64,000 nt of DNA, taken from Octopus bimaculoides (Eukaryota). The DNA lies in NCBI RefSeq assembly GCF_001194135.2, contig NC_068988.1, positions 2,183,547 to 2,247,546 on the forward strand, written 5' to 3'. The notes beneath the pieces were generated by a model. The model was not told the DNA's origin, made no database searches, and worked only from the letters and a program-made list of their open reading frames with translations. Of the stretch, positions 54,267 through 64,000 are shown piece after piece (positions within the stretch are counted from its first letter, which is position 1; each line of letters opens with the position of its first letter). The translations under genes were made by a program, and so were the position numbers.

Positions 54267-55046
54267 CCAAGACTACACAGTAGCTGTGAATGGTGAAGGA
54301 AGAGGAGAGAAAATAGTAACTCAGTGAAAGAGAAGTAGTGAGAGTAGTAGCCATGACTGGGAAGGAGTGAGAGAAAGTAATAGCAATGAGAGAGAAGTGG
54401 CAAAGAGAGCGTCATGTACTTTCCACTATAATAATCTACTATAATAATACTCTTGTGTATTTCTCCATCACAATATATGAGTGAGAAAGGAAGGGGTGAT
54501 CCACTGATGGGTGTGGGATGGTGAAAAGTTAACAGTGAAACAAAAAAATCAAACAGTGCTTCAACTCTGTGTGTGTTTGTAGAAGGGAGGAATGTGAATG
54601 TTTGTGTGTGCATTTGTGTAAAATATGTTTATCTATTTGCGTGAGTGTATATGTGTTTGTGTATGTTTATTTAGAAAGATACATAGAAAATAGAATTACA
54701 GACACATGTGCATGATCGTTGCCAGTACCACCTGACTGGCCCTTGTGCCAGAGGCACATAAAAACACCCACTATGCTCTTGGAGTGGTTGGCACTAGGAA
54801 GGGCATCCAGCTGTAGAAACTTTGCCAGGTCAGATTGGAACCTGGTGCAGCCTTCTGGCTTGCCAGTCCTTGTCAAACCGTCCAACCCATGCCAGCATGG
54901 AAAACGGACGTTAAACGACGACGACGATGATGATATATAAACAGACACACGTAAAAAGGAAGGAAGCAGGCTGTGACAAAGTACAGACAACTGCGTTTGC
55001 TACAAATTGTGCTACTCATACATATAAATGTATACATATGCACACA

Positions 55047-55109
<63 letters not shown>

Positions 55110-55329
55110 NNNNNNNNNNTTGAAGCACTGTTTGATTTTTTTTCACCTTTTTCGTACCCTTTTTTTATATATAAAATACTACAATTGGCCGTCATTTGTG
55201 ATGGCACAGAGCCAGCTGGTTTTATTATAAATGCAAAACAACACCACTGAGGAATAGACATAAGGCTAAATAATAAACCACATTAGGTGAAACGTGATAC
55301 GTGAACCATGATATGGTGAGGGATTACTG
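54055..55329. mobile_element. Longer, inverted member of the 4270-4492 Tigger-type family with nested insertions
   Basis: TA|CAGTAATCCCTCAG ... GAGGGATTACTG|TA. Both ends match opposite ends of 4270-4492. It contains an RTE-tailed repeat (54700-54932), (CA)n and a gap. Confidence 0.65.
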
Positions 55330-55712
55330 TATGTCTGTTTGTCTGTCTGTCTGTCTATATACATAGATACATATAAGTACATAGATACACATAGATGTGA
55401 GTTTGCATGGTGTGTGTGTGAGAGGGTGTGTGGCCTAGTGGTTAGAGTGTTGTACACATAATCACAAGATTGTGGTTTCAATTCCCAAACCAGTTGGTAT
55501 GTTGTGTTCTTGAGCAAAACACTTCCTCTCCCTTTGCTCTGCAATCACTTCAACACCTGATCTATGATACACTTGTGCACCTCTTCAGACAACATCGATT
55601 TGATGGAGACAGTGAGCTTATATGCAGCACAAACATTTGATTACTATAAGCAAATCACATTATTTACATTATTTACATTTGATGGATATTTGTCCTCATC
55701 TTGTCTGTTGTT

Positions 55713-55758
55713 AACACAGCATTTCAGCTGATATACCTTCCAGCCTTCATCAGGTGTC
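55713..55758 (-). ncRNA. Hammerhead ribozyme motif, mutated copy
   Basis: GACAC CUGAUGA A GGCUG gaagguauau CAGCU GAAA UG CU GUGUU. Stem I is intact, but there are two CpG-type transitions and a U-to-C change at the cleavage triplet, so it is probably inactive. Confidence 0.55.
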
Positions 55759-55807
55759 TTGGGGAAATTTTAAGCCTGGCTTCTCATTCCTAAGGTATTT
55801 TTCGATG

Positions 55808-55870
<63 letters not shown>

Positions 55871-56041
55871 TCACTGCCTGGAATTGAACTCGGAATCTTG
55901 GGGTTAAGAGCGCGGGCTACTAAACCCAAGATTTCCAGTTCGATTCCAAGCAGTGACCTGAATAATAATAATAATAATAATGATAATAACAACATCGAAA
56001 AATACCTTAAGAATGAGAACCCAGGTTCGTAATCTCCCCAA

Positions 56042-56082
56042 GACCTGATGAAGGCTGGAGGGTATATCAGCTGAAATGTATT
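56042..56082 (+). ncRNA. Hammerhead ribozyme motif, deleted/degenerate copy
   Basis: GAC CUGAUGA A GGCUG gaggguauau CAGCU GAAA UGUAUU. Core boxes are present; stem I and the cleavage site are damaged by deletions. Confidence 0.5.
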
Positions 56083-56255
56083 AACAACAAACAAGATGAG
56101 GACAAATATCCGTCAATTATAAATAATGTAAATAATGTACATAATTCCTCATCTCTTAGATATAGAACTGTATAAGCAAATCATTTGTTCAGGTCATTTG
56201 GCAAGAATTTGCAGGACCATCTTCTTCAGATTACAAGAGACTACCATCACATATA

Positions 56256-56302
<47 letters not shown>

Positions 56303-57490
56303 CTGAGACATTGTCTTGACATCATGCAATTGACATAAATGAATGTGGCTTGTCATACAGGCAGTGTCATTTATTTCTAGTCTTCCATGCAAACCTATTC
56401 TCAACTAAGTGGGAATGGGAATATAATGTTGCTTGGAAGCAGGTGAAGGTTGGAGACAGGAAGAGCATCCAACAACAGAAAATCTGCCATGACAAATCCT
56501 ATCTAAACCATGGGTAAGTGGATGTTAAAGTGAAAATGATGACATTGATAACAATCATTTTAACTGTGTTATGGTAGTGTTTTGCTTTTTACGGCATCAC
56601 CGTCATCATAAACATCATTATTCTCATCCAATACAAAACTGATAGAGCTGCAAGAGAATTTTCTATGCCCTACTTTAAACATAACATTCTCTGTTGTGTT
56701 AACACATGCTCTGCAACATGTGTTAGTCCAGCTAACAACAACGTCAAGACAGATTTTCGATCAACCAATTCACATGACAGAATCGGAGAATGAACATCGG
56801 ATTTATTGGTCATTGCAGCTCTGGAGAAATGATGAGACTTGAGTCTCCATCAATCAACAAAAGAATTCAAGGGTTAAATTAAATTTTCCCTTATTGAATG
56901 CATATCGATAGAGTTTCATAAAATGCACTACGAATTGTTAGCAGAAACAAGATAAAGATAATAGAAATAGGATAAGAGAATGTCAAGCAGATATGACTGC
57001 AAAAATATGGCATATATATATTTTAACATTGAGTAGCTCTCTAAATGAGACCCACCTCAACTAGATTGATATCATTTTTTTTTTAATAATATGTCTATGC
57101 ATCAGACTGAAGAAGGAATTTCATTATTCCATCTGAAGATTGAGTGACATAACACTGGCATTGAATACCTGAATAAAACAATAGAATAGATTTAAATATA
57201 TTTTGGTCTTATGTTTTAGTACAGAAAATGACGAAATGGAGACACCTACAAATGGTTTCTACTTTTTCCCGTTGATGCTTTATTAAATATGTAAATTCTT
57301 ATTTTAGAAGGTTCACTGTATAGAGGGTTTACATATACATACATATATATGGGTGTGAGTGTGTGGGTGTATGTCTGTGTATATATTTAGATATATCTAC
57401 ATGCATATATGTATACATATACATATATATATATATACACATACATAGATATGTATATATATGAGTATATATATATATATATATGTATAA

Positions 57491-57521
<31 letters not shown>

Positions 57522-57807
57522 NNNNNNNNNNNNNNNNNNNNNNNNNNNNNNNNNNNNNNNNNNNNNNNNNNNNNNNNNNNNNNNNNNNNNNNNNNNNNNN
57601 NNNNNNNNNNNNNNNNNNNNNNNNNNNNNNNNNNNNNNNNNNNNNNNNNNNNNNNNNNNNNNNNNNNNNNNNNNNNNNNNNNNNNNNNNNNNNNNNNNNN
57701 NNNNNNNNNNNNNNNNNNNNNNNNNNNNNNNNNNNNNNNNNNNNNNNNNNNNNNNNNNNNNNNNNNNNNNNNNNNNNNNNNNNNNNNNNNNNNNNNNNNN
57801 NNNNNNN

Positions 57808-57845
<38 letters not shown>

Positions 57846-57901
57846 CATACACATACATAGATATGTATATATATATGAGAATATATATATATATATATTC
57901 C

Positions 57902-58255
57902 ATATATTATGTGTATACAATGTATAGAATATATATACAAATAGACAGATATAAATATAAAAATGTATACACAAATATATGTGCGTATATATATGTATGT
58001 GCATGTATATCTATATATGCATATTTGTATATATATGTGTATGTGTGTGTGCATTTATATCTATATATGATGATGATGATGATATGCATATATGAATATA
58101 CATGCAGACACACACATGCATATATATATATAAAAATATGCATATATAGATATACATGCACATACATGTATATGCACATATATTTGTGTATACATTTATA
58201 TATTTATATCTGTCTATTTGTATATATATTCTATATATTATATATACATAATATA
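57902..58255. repeat. Inverted duplication of a cryptic (TA/TG/CA) low-complexity tract
   Basis: 57902-58050 (tagaatatatatacaaatagacagatataaatat...gtgcatgtatatctatatatgcatattt) is inverse to 58108-58255 with few mismatches. The spacer contains (GAT)n. Confidence 0.75.
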
Positions 58256-58577
58256 CATAATATATAATACATATATATACAAGGAGAGAGAGAGAGAGAA
58301 CAGAGATAGATAGGTAGATAGAAGGCCACAACTTGCTCTCTGTCACTAGCTTTCCATTGCGCCATGGAAATAAGTCTTTGCTCTTCTCAGTGCAATTTTC
58401 TGAGATAGAAAATGCGTATCATTTCTTCTTTTATATGTGAATGGTTGCTTTTGACAGGTGTCCCGGTTATCCATGCCAATTGGCAAAGGGCATCGGGAGT
58501 AAAATTATAAGACAAAAACCTCAATGTGACAGAAACAATCAACTTTTATTACAGAAGCATATTGACTTCATATTGAA

Positions 58578-58676
<99 letters not shown>

Positions 58677-59499
58677 GAAGAAGAAGAAGAAGAAGAAGAA
58701 GAAACAGAAGAGCTGATTGCATATGCTTAGATGTGTATACATGTATGTATTTGTATGTGTGTGTTTGAGTATGCGTCTTTGAGTGAATGTGAGTGTGCAT
58801 ATAAAAAAGATGTGAGGAAGCTGACACCTAGAATACTGATTAAGATTGGAAGAACCAAGAATGGATGAAAGAGAGCTGAAATAAGCATAAGTTTTTTTTT
58901 TTTTCCCCCCCCAAATGAAATTGAATGATCAAAGCTCTCATTTCGGGTAAAGCTCATTCTTAATTTTCTTTCTGCAGATTTGTGCTTATATAAAAAAAAA
59001 AAAAAGATAAAACTTCAGATGTTGGTCAAAAATTACAACTTCTAAAGCTAGAAGTGTATTATACCAAAATTATTGATCTAATATTGGTGACATAAGTACT
59101 AACATTTATTGGTTCCACATGTGGCGTCTAGTTGTCAATATGACATCTATTTACTGCATTTCTCATACAACTTGACATAAATTTACTGTTTTATACCCAA
59201 CTGCTCAATATGATCACGTTTTTTTTTTAAAACCAGATTCAGATGTTTCTGTGTGTTGTGAGTCAGCCATTCACTTATTTGAGATAAGACTGCTAACAAC
59301 AATGTATGCACAGACATCCTTGTTGACATTTAATTAGCTGATTAGCAATGAATCACCCATCAACAAGCTTTGAGGACTAATTGTATAACTCCAGTTGCAA
59401 TCTTCCACCTCCCTGTTTCTTCTATCATTTCTCCTATGGCCTTTCCTCTTTTGAAGCCACACAATTTGCTTACTTAAACCAGGACCATCAAACTCACCT

Positions 59500-59580
59500 G
59501 CTCTTTCTCACTTCCCCTTGTCTCTTTCTCACTTCCCCCTGTCTCTTTCTCACTTCCCCCTGTCTCTTTCTCACTTGCCC
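59500..59580 (+). repeat. 21-bp minisatellite, ~4 units (tctctttctcacttccccctg)
   Basis: Direct reading. Confidence 0.9.
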
Positions 59581-61599
59581 ACACAAAGCGCTTCTCCTCA
59601 TCCTACTTAATTGAAAGTGTAGTATTTCTGAAGATCCCTATGCATGAAAGCCTTTAGTCTACAATTGTTCAAGTTAATCAGCAGCCTGGGAAAGCATGTG
59701 ATGGCCTTAGGCATTATCCTTTATTCCCTAATTAACCCCATCATCATCATCATCGTCGTCATCATCATCATTTAATGTAGGTTTTCCATGTTGGCATGAG
59801 TTAGACAGAGAATTATATCAAACCCCAATTGTCTGCTTCGGCATGGTTTCCGTGGCTGGATGCCCTTCCTAATGCCAATCCTTTTACAAGACTGTACTGG
59901 ATGCTTTTTCTGTGGCATTGACACATATCGTTAAAAGATATTTCCTATCTTTGGGCAGTTGTTAATGTGTTTACATGAATTGAACAAGTATGCATTTGTA
60001 TTTCCTTGTATCAAGTAACTGATTTCCCCTTCTCTCCCAGAGACCCCTAATTCACCATGAGGTATTTCCAGAGAGCCTGATACAAGTTCCAGCTTTATAA
60101 AACAAACATTTTTCTTACATTTAGCAATCAGTGAGAAATCTTTGGCCTTTTTAATTGCTACAGTTTCTAAGACACCAGAGTGGGCACTGTATCAATCAAG
60201 TAAGCTGGACACATGAAGAAGGTGCTTCAAGACTCTTTCGGTGGATGTGAATGGTGACTGTGCAGTTGTGTTGTGAAAAGGGATTATGTTTTTGTCCTCC
60301 TCCTCCTCCTCCCCTCCCCCTCCTCCTCATCATTGTCATTGTCAACCTCATCATTCTCACCCCCCCCCTATCACTATCATTATCATCATTACCATCATCA
60401 TATGCATTCTGTGAGGTCCCTTTTTGTAAGCCCCTAAAATAAACGATGACTTCAAAGGAAGATACGAAAGATCAGGTGTCTACAATTTTTAGGAACGTAT
60501 TTCCAGTAAGTTCGAACCATAAGTACAATTTTTATTTGTGGAATTGGTGTTGGAATCATTCAGTAATATCCATGCTTTTTTTGTTGTTTTTCTTTTGTTG
60601 TTTTTCTTTCTGATTCTGAAAGAGAATCCATTTGATGGTAGCATTCTGTGTAATTATAAGGTTTGTCCTTAATGTAGCTGGATATTTGTCTTTTACTGAG
60701 TTACACTTGATTATTTAGCAGCAGGTATGCTGTCTAATATATCATGGTGTTATTGGTTTTTATCTGATAACCTCAGAAAAACTGACACAGGAACACAGAG
60801 GTTAGTAATTAATTGTGTATGAGCTAGTTTGGGCATATTGTTTCTGACCAGTTAATTCATAAAGAAGAGAGCCTCTGGCCATCAATTACTGCTACATGTA
60901 GCATGGTGTGGCTTCCGTGTGCTAAATACTTCTCACTCAGAGATATGAAGCTCAAATACAATTTGTTCTTTCCCTTATATAATCTAAGGGTGAAGGGGTT
61001 TATAAAGGAACTAATTTTTTTCTCTTGTTTTCTTTTCTTTATATTTTGGGCTATTTTCATTATTTTCTGTTTAGTTGAATTTTATTTCTCTTTTAGGTTG
61101 TCTTTTATTTGGAGAAGTCGTTAAGTTTAACGATCTCTGTTTTTTTTTTCTTGTACAACTGGTGATCTTGTACCTTGTCAAATAAAATCATTAATTTGAT
61201 GAATTTAATTGTCTATCGATGTTTGTACTTTTTGATAATGTTACAGTTCGTTATGTAAAACATTAGTGATAAGTTTTTAGAATTTATTCATTGTCATGTC
61301 TGATTTATTGATGGATAAGATATTGATGCTTGTTAGGCTGGATACTGACAGTGCTACAACAGTAATAATGGTTGGCATTAATTGTTTCTTACATAAGCAC
61401 AGGAATTTAGAGGGAGAGAGAAAGAGAAAGAAGGTGGGGGTTTGGGGATTAAATCAACTGTAGTATTTAATTGATGTACTTTACTTAACTGATGTACTTT
61501 ATCTTATCGACTGAGGAGTGATGAAAGGTAAAGTTGACTTTGGAAAGATTTTAATTCTGAACACTAAGAAATACTCCAAGATATTCTGTCTTACACTCT

Positions 61600-61634
<35 letters not shown>

Positions 61635-61900
61635 CCATCATCATCGTTTAACGTCCGTTTTCCATTCTGGCATGGGTTGGACAGTTTGATTGAGGTCTGG
61701 AAAGTCAGCAGCTGCACCAGGCTCCAATCTGATCTGGCAATGTTTCTACAGCTGGATGCACTTCCTAATGCCAACTGCTCTGGGAGTGTAGAGGGTGATT
61801 TTTACGTGCCACCAGCCAGCCAGGTGGCCCTGGCATCGACCATGTTTGGATGGTGCTTTTGTGTTCCACCTGCATGGGAGCCAGCCAGGCAGACCTTCTG
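61600..61900 (-). mobile_element. RTE-tailed repeat
   Basis: (CAT)n cgtttaacgtccgttttccattctggcatgggttggac...ttttacgtgccacc. Confidence 0.7.
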
Positions 61901-63114
61901 CAAATCCATTACTCTGTACATTCTTAATTTGCGGGGAGGGATTTTGTCTGGAGACCTATAGCTTTAAGGGTCCCTCTGAGACCAATGAAATTGATGTAGT
62001 TAACACACGTTTTGAACAGTTACAACTTGGCAGATGTAGGGAAAATATGGGAACAGAAGTACAAGCATGGCTGTGTGGTTAAGGACATCGTTTCACAATC
62101 ACAGTTTTGGGTTCAGTTTTGCTGTGCAGTACATTCAGCAAATGTCTTTTACTGTTTCCCTGGACTGACCAAAGCCTTATGAGTGAATTTAGTAGGAGGA
62201 AATAGAAATGAATCCCCAACACCAATTTTTATGTTCATATATGTATACGTGCGTGGAAGTATGTGTGTGCTTGTGTATGTGTTTGTGTGTGTGCGTGTAC
62301 GTGTTTGTGTGTGTGATTCTGTTTCCTTGACTTGCCATCACACACATATTGCAAACAAACATCTCTGTCTTACAAACAGTGCTGTATAATTTTTTGTAAT
62401 CTTTTGTAGAAACGTATTCCATCTAGAGGAAGGCTCTCTATCCTACACCATCATTTCTTCCCTCTATTCCTCAATATTTACTAAGATGTGATATTCAAGA
62501 TTATAACTAACACTGGATTATGTTTCTAGAGTGAATAAAATTCAAAAGATAAAACATAAGTTTTAAGAAACCCTTCTCACTTCTTATAAATCCGCATTCA
62601 ACTCTAACAAATCCAGATTAATCTCTTAACACATGCAGTGATGTGTTTTGACGTAACTCAGCCAAAACTAAACTTCTTGTTGCTTGCCATCTTCTTATTG
62701 ACTCTAAAAAGCCATTCTTTGGCAACCAAGAATTTTGACTGCTTAACCTTTCGGTAAAATGAATTAATTTTGAAGTTATTGTTCAAGAAACACTTGACTT
62801 TTATAAAATTAGTCTGTACTAATTTCTTTCTTTTATGATGTCATTATTTATTTAATTATTTATTTATTTAATTATCTCTTTACATAACAAACAAACAGTT
62901 TAGCTTTGATGGTTCAGTGAACATGCTACGATGTATCTGTTAAATGAAGAATGTTAATTTAATTAGTTTAAACTTAATTATAAATTATTTAAACAAAACT
63001 AGAAAATCTCTTCAGTATGTTTCAGTGATAAAAAAAGTTATGATAATAAAATAAAATAAAAACTCGTTTTATCTCTCTTTCTCTCCATATAAATATATAT
63101 ATATATATATATAT

Positions 63115-63560
63115 ATCATCATCATCATCATCATCATCATCGTTTAACATCCACTTTCCATGCTAGCATGGGTTGGACGATTTGACTGAGGACTGGTGAA
63201 CCAGATGGCTGCACCAGGCTCCAATCTGATTTGGCAGAGTTTCTACAGCTGGATGCCCTTCCTAACGCCAACCACTCCGAGAGTGTAGTAGGTGCTTTTA
63301 CGTGCCACTGGCACAAGTGCCAGGGAGGCGACGCTAGGCACAGGTGCCATCACGATTTCGCTTTCACTTGCCAACAGTTCTTCGCAAGCCAAGTTACGTG
63401 TCCAATGAAGGAGACGACATTGGCATGGGTGCCAGTTGTCGAATTTAGTTCGATTTCGATTTCACTTGCCTCAACAGGTCTTTGCAAGCGGAGTTTAGTG
63501 TCCAATGAAGGAAAGGTACACATAAGTGGGCTGGCTACACCCCTGGCAGAGGCCTTGGAT
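63115..63560 (-). mobile_element. RTE-tailed repeat with a 5' region containing two ~100-bp tandem modules
   Basis: Tail at 63115-63310. Modules at ~63337-63420 and ~63422-63515 share ggca..ggtgcca, cgatttcg.tttcacttgcc and gtgtccaatgaagga. Confidence 0.65.
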
Positions 63561-63598
63561 TATATAATGTATATATTAATGTATATGTGTATGTTTGG

Positions 63599-64000
63599 AT
63601 AAATGAAGAGATAGCGGTAAAGATACCGAAAGCTCAGGGAGATGAACTAAGGTGGAAGGTGAGACAGGTACTGGAGAAAGCGAAACTTCCCAAACCAAAC
63701 ATCACTAAGGAAGAAAAGTTCGCTATCAAAAGGCTACAAGGAGACAGTTCCATCATAGTTCTCCCAGCGGACAAGGGAAATGCTACAGTGGTGATGAACA
63801 AGTCTGACTACTCCGAAAAATTGGCAAGTCTTATAAGTGATGGTAGCTTCAGTAGAGTAAAGAAAGACCCAACTCTGAAAACAGAGAGGAAGTTGTCACA
63901 GATCTTGATCAAGAACAAGGATCACTTCACACCAATGAAGTACAGACAGCTGACTCAACACTACAGCAAACTACCACACATGTACGGTCTCCCTAAGATT
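63599..64000 (+). CDS. Penelope-like retroelement reverse transcriptase, N-terminal part (runs off the window)
   Basis: 134 codons without a stop: INEEIAVKIPKAQGDELRWKVRQVLEKAKLPKPNITKEEKFAIKRLQGDSSIIVLPADKGNATVVMNKSDYSEKLASLISDGSFSRVKKDPTLKTERKLSQILIKNKDHFTPMKYRQLTQHYSKLPHMYGLPKI. The PADKG and YGLPKI motifs are PLE RT hallmarks. It is absent from the ORF track because there is no in-window stop. Confidence 0.9.
   Translation, partial: MNEEIAVKIPKAQGDELRWKVRQVLEKAKLPKPNITKEEKFAIKRLQGDSSIIVLPADKGNATVVMNKSDYSEKLASLISDGSFSRVKKDPTLKTERKLSQILIKNKDHFTPMKYRQLTQHYSKLPHMYGLPKI

Larger units (their letters stand above)
55658..56170. mobile_element. Head-to-head inverted dimer of the hammerhead-bearing SINE, 13-bp TSD
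   Basis: Left arm minus, right arm plus, joined inside the tRNA heads at a GGTTA microhomology (55902-55906). TATAAGCAAATCA flanks it at 55645-55657 and 56171-56183. Confidence 0.85.
55420..56230 (+). mobile_element. Older tRNA-headed SINE (55420-55657 + 56171-56230) interrupted by the hammerhead-SINE dimer
   Basis: Its body (caatcacttcaacacctga...cacaaacatttgattactataagcaaatca|tttgttcagg) is contiguous in the related copy at 37140-37345. Confidence 0.6.

Noticed and set aside
52820-56880. piggyBac-like ends (TTAA-CCCT at ~52820, AGGG-TTAA at ~56875)
   Set aside because: The two ends share only CCCT; there is no extended TIR match.
57400-57895. Similar low-complexity strings on both sides of the 57522-57807 gap
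   Set aside because: Probably an assembly overlap or microsatellite similarity.
63337-63560. HDV-like ribozyme fold in the tandem modules
   Set aside because: A P3-like hairpin and P4 can be drawn, but P1.1 and P2 partners are missing.

Overview
AT-rich, repeat-dense eukaryotic (animal) genomic DNA from a short-read assembly, with 11 N-gaps, nearly all flanked by (TA)n/(CA)n/(CT)n runs. The repeat repertoire resembles what I recall of octopod cephalopod (Octopus-like) genomes; this is an inference, not a search result. I recognise no intact host gene, only a few low-confidence candidate exons, and most ORFs in the track are microsatellite or gap artefacts. Supported content: (i) several tRNA-headed SINE families and RTE-tailed repeats; (ii) decayed transposase relics (mariner DD34D ~22.4-23.1 kb; maT/DD37D-like ~3.15-3.45 kb); (iii) an R4/Dong-like non-LTR relic with zinc knuckle and restriction-like endonuclease (10.6-11.1 kb); (iv) two Penelope-like element (PLE) pieces, a GIY-YIG C-terminus at ~26 kb and an uninterrupted RT N-terminal frame at 63599-64000; (v) about ten MITE/foldback inverted repeats. 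The most interesting signal is a small non-autonomous element with a tRNA-like Pol III head, an (AAT)n linker and a PLE-type minimal hammerhead ribozyme. It occurs at 6.7-7.0 kb and 55.66-56.17 kb. Both insertions have an inverted-arm architecture typical of PLEs, and the second is a head-to-head dimer bounded by a 13-bp target-site duplication.
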